DNA of 64,000 nt, taken from Actinomycetes bacterium. Its GTDB lineage: Bacteria > Actinomycetota > Actinomycetes > S36-B12 > UBA5976. The stretch covers positions 6,995 through 70,994 of the forward strand of contig JASJMK010000049.1 of NCBI GenBank assembly GCA_037619625.1, given 5' to 3'. A program made the translations under genes and the position numbers. A model generated the notes under the pieces. It did no database searches. It was not told where the DNA came from and was given only the letters and a program-made list of their open reading frames with translations. Of this stretch, positions 9,346-18,855 are shown in pieces; the stretch's first letter is position 1, and each line of letters opens with the position of its first letter.

Positions 9346-11610
9346 ATGGGAAATAATCGTTTGGCTACTGAACTTAGTCGTTTTGGTCTTTTGACCAAAA
9401 TGATCACCTTTATCGGGCTTGCTGGAATCGTTACCGCGCTTATCGTGTTACCTGTTGTTGGCGGCGTTGGTCTGGCCTCTAGAAATAGTGCGCAAGCATT
9501 CACCAGTCTGCCCGGTGACTTAACCCAGGTTCCGTTGCCACAGCAAAACACAGTCTTGGATGCAAAAGGTGACGTTCTCGCGGTGCTCTACGCCCAGAAC
9601 CGAATTGAAGTTCCACTTGAGAAAATTTCGCCACTCATGCAGCAGGCTATTATCGCAATCGAAGATCAGCGCTTTTTCAGTCATGCTGGTGTTGATTTCC
9701 GCGCAACTATAAGAGCTTCCATTTCAACTGGTTCAGGTGGTCAAGTTCAAGGTGGCTCAACCATCACGCAACAGTATGTAAAGCAAATTTTGCTCACTGC
9801 CGCCACTACTAAAGAGGAGCAGCAAGCTGCGACCGCAGTATCCATCAATCGCAAATTGCGCGAGGCGAGATATGCGATTGAACTTGAAAACAAACTAACG
9901 AAAAAAGAAATTCTCACTGGATACCTGAACATTGCCTACTTTGGTGCAGGTTCCTACGGTGTAGAGATTGCCTCCAAGAGGTACTTTTCCAAAAGTGCCA
10001 GTGAATTAACACTCACCCAGGCGGCAACGCTGGCGGGATTGGTACAAAATCCTTCACGTTACGATCCAACACAATATCCAGAGCGCGCCCAAGCGCGCCG
10101 CGATTTAGTTTTAAAAGCCATGCTCAACGCTGGATACATCACTGCGGAGCAAGCCGATATTGCTATTGCAGTACCAATGAGTTTGGACCTAAATCCAACT
10201 GAGCTTCCAAATGGTTGCACCACCTCCTCAGCTCCATATTTCTGTGATTATGTTTTGACCGTTCTAAGAAATGATCCAATTTTCGGTGATACGCCAGAAG
10301 TCCGTGAGACGCTTTTGAATCTTGGTGGTTTGACCATTAAAACCACAATGGATCCAAAGGCGCAAAAATCCTCACAGACTGCAGTGGATCAAAAAATTCC
10401 GTTTGATGATCCAAGCGGTAAGGCTGCAGCTATCACGATGATGCGTCCTGGAACTGGTGAAATCACTGCGATGGCACAAAATCGTAAGTGGGGTCGCAGT
10501 GGAGCTGGCTACACGACAGTTAATTACAACACTCCGGTTGACTCAAATGGCACTGTGGGTTTTCAAGCAGGTTCAACGTTTAAGGCCTTTACAATTGCGG
10601 CCGCTTTTAAACAGGGCTGGGATCCTTTTGAAGTGATCAGTTCTCCAGCAAAAAAAGTTTTTGAAAACTTTGTCGAATGCGAAACGGGTGACAAGTTTGC
10701 ACCTTACGAAGTGCAGAACTCAACTTCATCTGGTGCCTTTGATATTTTGAGTGCAGCAGCATTTTCAGTGAACACTTATTTCATTGGCCTAGAGGAAAAA
10801 ATTGGACTGTGTGATCCAATTGACATCGCTACTGCTGCTGGAGTGAAGCAAGGAAATGGTCAACTATTTGAAAAGTTTCCGTGTTTTACACTTGGCTGTT
10901 TTGATGTAACAACGCTAAACATGACTGAAGGTATGGCAACTTTCGCTGCTCATGGAGTGCACTGTTCACCAATTGCAATTTCGGCAATCACAGATCGGTT
11001 TGGCGCTGAACTCGAAGTTCCATCTGCTGATTGCAAGCGAACCATCGATTTACAAGTTGCGGATAGCACGACGGCTGTGTTGGCCGGTGTTATCGATGGA
11101 CCGATTCCTGGTCGTACGGGTCGAGCTATGGATTTGGGCCGTCCAGCAGCAGGTAAAACCGGAACTACTGACAGTTCAGCTGCCGTTTGGTTTGTTGGTT
11201 ACACCCCGGACATGGCTGCTTCAGTTTGGGTTGGCGACCCACGAGGTGGGCAGAAATATCCGATGAAGAACATAAACATTGGTGGCCGATATTATTCCCA
11301 AGTTTTTGGTTCAACGATGCCTGGTCCGATTTGGCGTGACGCACTTATCGGAGCTCTGGAAAGTACACCGAAAACAGCTTGGAATTTATCTACGCTCAGC
11401 GGGCTAAACGCTGGCGGTTTTGGTAATGAGATAACCATTTCAAAAGACGAGTGTCTTGGCCTAGAGGAACCAGAGCTTCTTCTCTGCGTAACTGAGAGAA
11501 CTGCTAAGGAAAATGAAAAGGGGCTAGCCGATGGCACCTTGATTATTGACCCAGTTACTGGCGGAGTCATACCTAATCCTGCTGCTCCAGCTCCAGAACT
11601 CGTGCCTTAG
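9346..11610 (+). CDS. ponA: Class A penicillin-binding protein (transglycosylase/transpeptidase)
   Basis: GT51 motifs EDQRFFSHAGVD and GGSTITQQ. Transpeptidase motifs STFK and KTGTT. There is an N-terminal TM anchor. Confidence 0.92.
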   Translation: MGNNRLATELSRFGLLTKMITFIGLAGIVTALIVLPVVGGVGLASRNSAQAFTSLPGDLTQVPLPQQNTVLDAKGDVLAVLYAQNRIEVPLEKISPLMQQAIIAIEDQRFFSHAGVDFRATIRASISTGSGGQVQGGSTITQQYVKQILLTAATTKEEQQAATAVSINRKLREARYAIELENKLTKKEILTGYLNIAYFGAGSYGVEIASKRYFSKSASELTLTQAATLAGLVQNPSRYDPTQYPERAQARRDLVLKAMLNAGYITAEQADIAIAVPMSLDLNPTELPNGCTTSSAPYFCDYVLTVLRNDPIFGDTPEVRETLLNLGGLTIKTTMDPKAQKSSQTAVDQKIPFDDPSGKAAAITMMRPGTGEITAMAQNRKWGRSGAGYTTVNYNTPVDSNGTVGFQAGSTFKAFTIAAAFKQGWDPFEVISSPAKKVFENFVECETGDKFAPYEVQNSTSSGAFDILSAAAFSVNTYFIGLEEKIGLCDPIDIATAAGVKQGNGQLFEKFPCFTLGCFDVTTLNMTEGMATFAAHGVHCSPIAISAITDRFGAELEVPSADCKRTIDLQVADSTTAVLAGVIDGPIPGRTGRAMDLGRPAAGKTGTTDSSAAVWFVGYTPDMAASVWVGDPRGGQKYPMKNINIGGRYYSQVFGSTMPGPIWRDALIGALESTPKTAWNLSTLSGLNAGGFGNEITISKDECLGLEEPELLLCVTERTAKENEKGLADGTLIIDPVTGGVIPNPAAPAPELVP

Positions 11611-11645
11611 TTCCCGCGATAACTCTGGTCTGACAAGATGTAGAT

Positions 11646-12113
11646 ATGACCACACTTAAGGAACAGCTTCACCTAGATCTGACTGCTTCGATCCGCGCTA
11701 AAGATTCCTTGACCTCAGGCACCCTGCGTATGGTGCTTGCTGCAATTACTAACGAAGAGGTATCTGGCAAGGAAGCGCGAGTGCTATCTGAGCAAGATTT
11801 CATCACGGTGCTTAACCGGGAAGCCAAGAAGCGTAAAGAAGCTGCAACTGCGTACGACGATGCGAACCGTCCAGAACTTGCTGATAAAGAGCGCGCCGAA
11901 TTGGAAATAATCCAGACGTATTTGCCAGCCGGCCTTTCGGATTCGCAATTAGCAGAAATAATTGCAAACGCCGTTAGCCAAGCTGCTGCCGATGGCGCAA
12001 CTGGACCGGGAGCTATGGGGGCGGTCATGAAACTCGTATCCCCGCAAGTTGCCGGTCGCGCTGATGGAACGCAGGTTGCTGCAGCCGTTAAATCTGCGCT
12101 TTCCCAGCCCTAG
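11646..12113 (+). CDS. GatB/YqeY domain-containing protein
   Basis: 155 aa with a family-typical sequence (LKEQLHLDLTASIRAKD...EIIQTYLP). Confidence 0.8.
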   Translation: MTTLKEQLHLDLTASIRAKDSLTSGTLRMVLAAITNEEVSGKEARVLSEQDFITVLNREAKKRKEAATAYDDANRPELADKERAELEIIQTYLPAGLSDSQLAEIIANAVSQAAADGATGPGAMGAVMKLVSPQVAGRADGTQVAAAVKSALSQP

Positions 12114-12155
12114 TGCCGGGTAATTAATCGGCGGGATTCCCAATAGTGTGAGGGA

Positions 12156-13091
12156 GTGAATTCCTCGCTAAAAACAAAGGTGGCCCTTGGCCTTGGCGTG
12201 ATGTATCTGGCTTGGGGAACTACCTACATTGGTATTGCTTTCACAATTGAAACAATGCCACCTCTGATTTCCATGTCATTTCGATTTGTTGCAGCAAGTG
12301 CGCTTTTGGTTTTATTTCTAGGCCTACGAAACGGCTGGCAATCATTGCGTGTAACCCGAAGCCAATTCGCTGGTTCGCTATTTCTGGGCGTGTTGATGTT
12401 AGGCGTGGGACTTGGCACTATGTCAATGGCCACCAGGGTGGTGCCAATTGGTGTGGCTTCGCTGATTGTGGCAGCGATGCCAATTTGGACTGCGCTTTTT
12501 CGCACTCTTGATCGGGATCGACCGAAACTAATTTCGTTAGCTGGAATTGTTGGTGGCTTAATCGGAATCGCTTTCATTATGTTGCCTGGTCAAACCCAAG
12601 CACGCCCCGGTGCTGCTACTGAAAACGTCACACTCTGGATGTTTATTATTTTGTTTGGCAACTTATGTTGGTCGCTTGGTTCGTTCTTAGCGCCACGAAT
12701 GGACACACCAGACAACCCGCTTTTGTTAAGTACATATGAAATGGCTGGCGCAGCCGTTGCCTTATTAATTGCTGGATTAATTCACCACGAAAGTGTTGCG
12801 GACTTTTTCGACGCTAGTTATCGATCTTGGTCAGGGTGGGCGTACTTAGTTGTCATTGGCTCACTAGTTGGTTACACGGTCTACACCTGGCTTCTAGAAA
12901 ATGCGCCCATCACTTTGGTTTCTACTTATGCATACATCAACCCGGTAGTTGCCGTGGCACTTGGAATAATAATTTTTAGCGAAAAACTCACGGCCAATAT
13001 CACCATCGGTGGCATTATCGTGATTGCAAGTGTTGCGATTGTGGTAGCGGTTGAATCAGTTAAGAAACAAAGTCCTTTGCAAGTTCAATGA
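12156..13091 (+). CDS. EamA/DMT-family transporter
   Basis: 311 aa with about 10 TM helices in a duplicated EamA arrangement. Confidence 0.8.
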   Translation: MNSSLKTKVALGLGVMYLAWGTTYIGIAFTIETMPPLISMSFRFVAASALLVLFLGLRNGWQSLRVTRSQFAGSLFLGVLMLGVGLGTMSMATRVVPIGVASLIVAAMPIWTALFRTLDRDRPKLISLAGIVGGLIGIAFIMLPGQTQARPGAATENVTLWMFIILFGNLCWSLGSFLAPRMDTPDNPLLLSTYEMAGAAVALLIAGLIHHESVADFFDASYRSWSGWAYLVVIGSLVGYTVYTWLLENAPITLVSTYAYINPVVAVALGIIIFSEKLTANITIGGIIVIASVAIVVAVESVKKQSPLQVQ

Positions 13092-14139
13092 TTCGCTCCA
13101 GGCCCTCGCGCTCGCCAATACTTATGCGTACGCCTTCGCCTGGGAACGGACGAATTGCAACGGCAATTCCTTCGCTTTTTGCTACGAAATCTAGCGTGCG
13201 ATCCCCTAATGGCAACCAGACAAAATTCGCTTGACTTGCAGGTAATTCAAAACCAAGTTTTGTTAATTCACTTTCAAACCACGTGCGCTGGGAAATAACC
13301 TGCTCGACGCGTTCAAACAATTCAGCTTCATTCGCAAGCGAGACTACCGCAGCCGTTTGCGCAATATTTGAAACGCCAAATGGCACTGCAGTTTTTCGCA
13401 CGGCCTCTGCGACATGTTTCGGTCCAATGAAATATCCAACTCGCAAACCCGCTAGGCCATACGCTTTGGAAAACGTTCGGAGCACACCAACATTTGTGTG
13501 GGCTTTCATGGTCGCTATTCCGTCAATGGCATTTGGGTCGCAATTAAACTCCACATACGCTTCATCAATTACAACTAAAATGTCAGTTGGCACTTGATTT
13601 AAAAATTTGGTTATTTGTTGCTGGGTAACAATGCCACCTGTTGGGTTGTTTGGGGTACAGACAAAAATAACTCGTGTCTTTGGTGTTATCGCTGCCAACA
13701 TCGCTTCCAAGTCGTGTTCCCCACTTGCAGTCAGCGGCACTGCGACATTTGTTGCGCCAGCAATAGTTGTGATGATTGGGTAAGCCTCGAATGATCGCCA
13801 CGCATACATAACTTCATCACCGGTGCCGGCAATGGCTTGAATTATTTGTTGACACACTCCAACTGATCCGGTGCCAGTTGCAACTTCGTCGATGGTGACA
13901 TCAAATTTTTCAGCGATAGCTTTAGTTAGTTCGCCGCAAAATGGATCCGGGTAACGATTAATCTCCAGAGCTGCTGCAGTAATTGCGGCTAACACACCTG
14001 GTAGTGGTGGGTGCGCATTCTCATTACTGGAAAGTTTGAAGGCTGTGAGCCCATTGACTGGAGCGACTTTTTTTCCTGCCTTATATGTTGGCAGGGCGGC
14101 CATTTCTTCACGCAGTTGTGGCTTGGGCGAATCACTCAT
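13060..14139 (-). CDS. Histidinol-phosphate / aromatic aminotransferase (class II PLP enzyme)
   Basis: SSNENAHPP near the N-terminus and the PLP-lysine context RTFSKAYGLAGLRVGY. Confidence 0.85.
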   Translation of the reverse strand: MSDSPKPQLREEMAALPTYKAGKKVAPVNGLTAFKLSSNENAHPPLPGVLAAITAAALEINRYPDPFCGELTKAIAEKFDVTIDEVATGTGSVGVCQQIIQAIAGTGDEVMYAWRSFEAYPIITTIAGATNVAVPLTASGEHDLEAMLAAITPKTRVIFVCTPNNPTGGIVTQQQITKFLNQVPTDILVVIDEAYVEFNCDPNAIDGIATMKAHTNVGVLRTFSKAYGLAGLRVGYFIGPKHVAEAVRKTAVPFGVSNIAQTAAVVSLANEAELFERVEQVISQRTWFESELTKLGFELPASQANFVWLPLGDRTLDFVAKSEGIAVAIRPFPGEGVRISIGEREGLERIIELAKDFVS

Positions 14140-15275
14140 TGTCCGAGCCTACGGGTAATCACCACAACTGATACATCGTCGCGCTGCCACGTGACTGAAT
14201 CTTGGCGGGCTGTAGACACTATTAAGTTCGTTAATTCTGTGGAATTCTGAGATTGGCTTCCTGAAATAAGTGATGAAACCAGGCCCTGGGTACCAAACTC
14301 TTCACCCTTATCGTCTTGGGTTTCCAATAACCCATCCGAGGCAAGAACTATGCGATGTCCCGGGCCAAACTTAAATTCTTTACTTTCCCAATTACCGCCA
14401 AAGCCCCCAAGCATCGGGCCTGTTGGGCTTAACGCAGTTAGCGAATTTTGCTCATCAATCCAAAACCCCGCTGGATGCCCAGCATTAACCCAGTGAACCG
14501 GCAAGCTCATGTCATTTGGAATGTTGATAATTACTGCGGTAGCAAGAAGTGCGTCAACGTCCGAGAGTCCAGCAGAAACTCGCTCCATCACAACCTGCGG
14601 ATTGAAGCCAGCGGAAAGAGCCGCAGTCATAATCGCCTTGATCTGCAATCCCACAACACCTGCTTCTGCGCCGTGTCCCGTTACATCGACAATGGCAATC
14701 GCAAATCCTTGCGGGGTGCGAATGACATCCCACCAGTCCCCTGCAATAGCGCCACTTGCCGGCGTGGTTTGTCCAAAAATATCCAGTCCGGCACTTAATG
14801 AATCCAGCAGTGTTGGTGAGAGAGCATTGCGCATAGAAAGTACTAGCGGAGCATCTTGTTCTAAACCTTGCCAAGCTGCGCGCGCCGCATCAATTTGTGA
14901 AACCAATTTAATACGCATCAGCTCTGCATCAGCTGCAGCAATTCTGATTTCGGGTGGGTTGGCGACTTCAATCACTTGATGTATCGTGCCGCTTGCAACG
15001 AGTCGCAACTCGGTTCGCATTTCATCCAATGGAGCAAGTACCCAGCGCTCCAGAAAAATCCATCCTAGAACTAAGAAAATTAAGCTAATTAACAGTGAGA
15101 TGCTTAAAGCCGTGGAGAGTTGATCAGCAACTTCAGCAATTTCGGAGTTATTTTCCAACGTAAGTGAAAGTTCAGATCGGGCTTCCAGGTAAACCAAGCG
15201 CTCCCAAATTGCAGCCCCTACTAAAGTCACTGCGAAAATCACAATAATTAATTGCAATCTTCGGCGAAGCGTCAT
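14136..15275 (-). CDS. Membrane-anchored PP2C/SpoIIE-family phosphatase with a HAMP-like linker
   Basis: Two TM helices, a linker, then the SpoIIE motif context VDVTGHGAEAG and a later SDGLLE. Confidence 0.75.
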   Translation of the reverse strand: MTLRRRLQLIIVIFAVTLVGAAIWERLVYLEARSELSLTLENNSEIAEVADQLSTALSISLLISLIFLVLGWIFLERWVLAPLDEMRTELRLVASGTIHQVIEVANPPEIRIAAADAELMRIKLVSQIDAARAAWQGLEQDAPLVLSMRNALSPTLLDSLSAGLDIFGQTTPASGAIAGDWWDVIRTPQGFAIAIVDVTGHGAEAGVVGLQIKAIMTAALSAGFNPQVVMERVSAGLSDVDALLATAVIINIPNDMSLPVHWVNAGHPAGFWIDEQNSLTALSPTGPMLGGFGGNWESKEFKFGPGHRIVLASDGLLETQDDKGEEFGTQGLVSSLISGSQSQNSTELTNLIVSTARQDSVTWQRDDVSVVVITRRLGQ

Positions 15276-15296
15276 ATCTAAAAGTGTAGGGGTTGT

Positions 15297-16673
15297 TTAT
15301 CGCGCTTGAACAAGCTCGATTAATGCCTGTCTAAACAACGAATAATGCAAGTCAACCTGTTCTTGTGTAGTGGTTGGGCACATTAAAGCCATGTTATGAA
15401 ACGGTGTCATTAGAATTCCTCGGTTGCACATATACAAATGCATAAATTCATCTAACTCATCATCGCCCGCATGCATGGCTTGTGTTCCAGTTTTTGGCGC
15501 AGGGTAGGTAAAGCGGTATTCGGCCCGCGCGCCTAATTGGGAAATTGACCATGGCACACCGAATTCATCAAGTGCTGCATTTACTTGATCGGTGTACCTT
15601 GTCGCAAGGTGAATCATGTGTTCAAAAGCCTGCTCTGTTAAAACTTCGCCAAGTGTTGCTCGCATTGCTGCAAGTGACAATGCATTTCCGGCAAGTGTTC
15701 CACCGATGCCACCAACATCTAGTAAGTCTGCTTCGGTGTGTGAATTAATGAGGTCTACAACATTTTGGGTAAATCCATACGCACCAGATGGAATTCCTGC
15801 GCCGATGCTTTTGCCAATGATGAAAATATCAGGATCAAGTTTGTCGCGCAAAGTCATGCCGCCATAGCCGGCAGAGATCGTGTGGGTTTCATCGATCATC
15901 AATAGCGCACCGTACTTTGTAGCAAGCTCGCGCATCCCTTCGAGGAAACCCGGTTCTGGCAAAACGATTCCAATATTTGTCAGAGCTGGCTCCGTCAAAA
16001 TTGCAGCTACGTCGCCGTGTTGTAATGCAGCTTCCAGTGCAGGTAGGTCGTTGAACTCGACAACTCGAGTAGTTTGCTCAATTGGAACCGGAGGCGCCAC
16101 GTTGCCTGGTCTTGAGACGGTATTACCGTTGGCGTCCAAAACACCAAAAGTTTCATCCACTGATCCGTGATAGCAATACGAGAAAACAAGAATTTTGCTT
16201 TTGCCAGTTGCAAGTCTGGCAAGTCGAATTGCCCATCTATTGGAGTCAGTTGCCGAAACCGTGAAAGACCAAAGCGGCACTCCAAATCTTCTGGTCAACT
16301 CTGCGCCAACCCATTGGGCATCCTCGGTGGGCATCATGGTTGTTATGCCACCAAGGTCTTGGATCCGATCAATGATTGCTTTGATGCTGGCATCGGGTGA
16401 GTGTCCAGTCATAGCTGCCGTGTCCCCTAATGCAAAATCAATGTATTCGTGACCATCAACATCAGTGATTACGTTTCCTTTTGCGCCTTGCAAGTAGAGC
16501 GGAAACCCGCCGACCCATTTGTTCATCCATGGCATCGGTACTCCACCGAACAAATTCTTTGCGCCTTTATAAAGCTCCAATGATTTGCTGTGGTGATCCC
16601 GATACGTCTCACGTTCGCGCTCTAGCAAAGTTGCTAAATTAATGCGATCGATTTGGGTTGATCTATTAGGCAT
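15297..16673 (-). CDS. Class III aminotransferase (glutamate-1-semialdehyde aminomutase-like)
   Basis: 458 aa with LLMIDETHT and IIGKSIGAGIP (PLP lysine context). Confidence 0.8.
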   Translation of the reverse strand: MPNRSTQIDRINLATLLERERETYRDHHSKSLELYKGAKNLFGGVPMPWMNKWVGGFPLYLQGAKGNVITDVDGHEYIDFALGDTAAMTGHSPDASIKAIIDRIQDLGGITTMMPTEDAQWVGAELTRRFGVPLWSFTVSATDSNRWAIRLARLATGKSKILVFSYCYHGSVDETFGVLDANGNTVSRPGNVAPPVPIEQTTRVVEFNDLPALEAALQHGDVAAILTEPALTNIGIVLPEPGFLEGMRELATKYGALLMIDETHTISAGYGGMTLRDKLDPDIFIIGKSIGAGIPSGAYGFTQNVVDLINSHTEADLLDVGGIGGTLAGNALSLAAMRATLGEVLTEQAFEHMIHLATRYTDQVNAALDEFGVPWSISQLGARAEYRFTYPAPKTGTQAMHAGDDELDEFMHLYMCNRGILMTPFHNMALMCPTTTQEQVDLHYSLFRQALIELVQAR

Positions 16674-16705
16674 GAATTGATTCTTTCAGAAACAAGAAAT
16701 AAAAC

Positions 16706-18061
16706 TTAGGAAGTAGCCATATCAACAAACCGACTGTAATGGCCTTGGAATGCGACGGTGACAGTTCCGGTTGGACCATTTCTGTGCTTAGCTAAAATGA
16801 AGTCTGCTTCGCCAGCACGTGGTGATTCGCGTTCATAAACATCCTCACGATGAAGCAAAATCACCATGTCGGCATCTTGTTCAAGCGAACCAGATTCGCG
16901 CAAGTCCGAAAGCATTGGGCGCTTGTCTTGGCGCTGCTCGGGTCCACGATTCAACTGGCTGATCGCTATCACAGGAATTGCAAGTTCCTTAGCTAGTAAT
17001 TTAAGTGAGCGGGAAAACTCAGAAACTTCAACTTGGCGACTTTCAACTTTTTTACCAGAGGACATGAGTTGTAAGTAATCGATAATAAGAATCTTTAAAT
17101 CGAAGCGCTGCTTTAATCGACGCGCTTTTGCGCGGATCTCCATCATTGTCATATTTGGCGAATCATCGATGAACAACGGTGCATCATTTACTTGCCCCAT
17201 TTTGTTTGCCAGTCTGCCCCAATCAGCATCACTTAGTGTGCCGGCGCGCATATGGTTCAAACCAACTTGAGCTTCAGCCGAAAGTAGCCGCATCACAATC
17301 TCATTGCGACTCATTTCAAGTGAAAAAATTGCAGAGGTTAAATTGTGCTTAATGCTTGCCGAGCGTGCGAGGTCCAGCCCAAGCGTTGATTTACCAATAG
17401 CGGGACGCGCAGCAACAATAACTAACTGACCAGCGTGAAGTCCATGCGTGATGTCATCAAGTTGTTGGAAGCCTGTTGGCACTCCAACTAGTTGACCGCC
17501 GCGACCTTCAATAGCTTCAATCTCTGAAAGAGTGTGCGGCATGATTTCTGAAAGTGGCGCATAATCTTCGGAAGTGCGTCGGCCAGTCACGTCGTAAACT
17601 TCAGCTTGCGCGCGATCAACAAGTTGATCTACTTCTGCGTCTCCGGCATAACCCATCTGAGCAATCCGCGTACCTGCATCGACTAGGCGACGCAAAATTG
17701 CGCGCTCCGTAACAATGCGCGCGTAGTAGGAACCATTAGCTGCTGTTGGCACGCTAGCTACAAGTGTGTGCAGGTAGCCGGCGCCGCCCACATTTCCAAG
17801 TGCACCGGACTTGCTCAAATAGTTAGCAACTGTAATTGCGTCTGCGGGTTCGCCTCGACCGTAAATGTCTAAGATTGCTCCGTAAATCGTGGCATGCGCT
17901 GGCTTGTAGAAATCGATTTCGCGCAGGGTTTCAATCACCTCAGCGATGGCATCTTTACTGAGCAACATCGCGCCAAGCACGGATTGTTCCGCAACTATGT
18001 CCTGTGGTGGGGTGAGAGCGCCTTCTTCTTCATAATTGCGGGGAAATTCCGCGACGCTCAT
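16706..18061 (-). CDS. dnaB: Replicative DNA helicase DnaB (no intein)
   Basis: N-terminal PPQDIVAEQSVLGAML, Walker A ARPAIGKST, and IIDYLQLM. The RBS AAGGTGG lies upstream of ATG 18061. Confidence 0.97.
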   Translation of the reverse strand: MSVAEFPRNYEEEGALTPPQDIVAEQSVLGAMLLSKDAIAEVIETLREIDFYKPAHATIYGAILDIYGRGEPADAITVANYLSKSGALGNVGGAGYLHTLVASVPTAANGSYYARIVTERAILRRLVDAGTRIAQMGYAGDAEVDQLVDRAQAEVYDVTGRRTSEDYAPLSEIMPHTLSEIEAIEGRGGQLVGVPTGFQQLDDITHGLHAGQLVIVAARPAIGKSTLGLDLARSASIKHNLTSAIFSLEMSRNEIVMRLLSAEAQVGLNHMRAGTLSDADWGRLANKMGQVNDAPLFIDDSPNMTMMEIRAKARRLKQRFDLKILIIDYLQLMSSGKKVESRQVEVSEFSRSLKLLAKELAIPVIAISQLNRGPEQRQDKRPMLSDLRESGSLEQDADMVILLHREDVYERESPRAGEADFILAKHRNGPTGTVTVAFQGHYSRFVDMATS

Positions 18062-18193
18062 GTGTCCACCTTTAGCTAATGTTTCTGAGTTACTTTTGCG
18101 TAATTCGCTTGATTGGGCGAAATTGACGCAGTTTTCCTGATTTAACAGTTGTTCATGACTTTATGACCTGGCACTGACAGAAACAATGTCCCC

Positions 18194-18269
18194 TGTGGAT
18201 AACTAAGTGGACAATGTGGGGAAAACCCCCAAATCAATGGGTATTTCATTGGGGATATCTTGTGGGGTT
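18194..18269 (-). promoter_or_regulatory. Cluster of five DnaA-box-like 9-mers in the dnaB upstream region
   Basis: TGTGGATAA (18194-18202, perfect), AGTGGACAA (18206-18214), TGTGGGGAA (18215-18223), TTGGGGATA (18249-18257) and TGTGGGGTT (18261-18269). All five share one orientation. Confidence 0.55.
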
Positions 18270-18398
18270 GGAAATATTTTGCTGCTAAATACTGCCTTTT
18301 ATCAGGGTTTTTGTTGTCCCCTGGCTGTGTGCAGAAAGTAATTGCTAACTATTTTTAACGGATCACAAATAGTGAATTTTGCGAGGTTAAATGTCCCT

Positions 18399-18437
18399 AA
18401 AAACCAAAAGTGGAGGTAACTCTTTCTACCTCCACTT
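18399..18437 (-). terminator. Rho-independent terminator after tRNA-Ala
   Basis: An 11-bp stem (AAGTGGAGGTA / TACCTCCACTT) with an 8-nt loop. On the minus strand it is followed by TTGGTTTTT and starts 5 nt after the tRNA 3' end. Confidence 0.75.
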
Positions 18438-18442
18438 AATTG

Positions 18443-18515
18443 TGGAGAATAGGGGACTCGAACCCCTAACCCCTGCCTTGCAAAGGCAGTGCTCTACCAA
18501 TTGAGCTAATTCCCC
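18443..18515 (-). tRNA. alaT: tRNA-Ala (anticodon TGC)
   Basis: Hand-folded sequence: GGGGAATTAGCTCAATTGGTAGAGCACTGCCTTTGCAAGGCAGGGGTTAGGGGTTCGAGTCCCCTATTCTCCA. The anticodon loop is TTTGCAA and the G3:U70 identity pair is present. CCA is not encoded. Confidence 0.93.
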
Positions 18516-18541
18516 GGTGCGCGTAAACAGTAAACCAAAAT

Positions 18542-18655
18542 CTACTCTGAAGTAGCCTGTGTCCACAATTCTTGCTCGTCCTTGCTGCTTTCATTTTGTT
18601 GGTAGATCACGTAACCAGCCACTGCCAACAGTGCCAACGAAAGTAATTTCTTCAT
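18542..18655 (-). CDS. DLW-39-family-like small membrane protein (37 aa)
   Basis: Hand-translated as MKKLLSLALLAVAGYVIYQQNESSKDEQELWTQATSE. It has one TM helix plus an (D/E)LW..AT motif. It sits between tRNA-Ile and tRNA-Ala, where this family is found in actinobacteria. Confidence 0.65.
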   Translation of the reverse strand: MKKLLSLALLAVAGYVIYQQNESSKDEQELWTQATSE

Positions 18656-18691
18656 TACGAATCCTTTCCAACCTCTAGTTCCTGTCTTGCG

Positions 18692-18766
18692 TGGGCCCAG
18701 GTGGACTTGAACCACCGACCTCTTCGTTATCAGCGAAGCGCTCTAACCAAGCTGAGCTATAGGCCC
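18692..18766 (-). tRNA. ileT: tRNA-Ile (anticodon GAT)
   Basis: Hand-folded sequence: GGGCCTATAGCTCAGCTTGGTTAGAGCGCTTCGCTGATAACGAAGAGGTCGGTGGTTCAAGTCCACCTGGGCCCA. The anticodon loop is CTGATAA. Confidence 0.93.
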
Positions 18767-18855
18767 CAATTTATTGCATTTTTCTTAGTTTTGTACCTAA
18801 GTAATGGCACAAGTTAAGAGGTTACCCCAAAGCTGGCTTTCACCCAAAATGCCAG

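Noticed and set aside
18800-18855. A weak hairpin (CTGGC...GCCAG) downstream of the DUF3566 gene, considered as a possible terminator before the tRNA genes.
   Set aside because: It has a 5-bp stem, a 13-nt loop and no clear U-tract, so it is not convincing.
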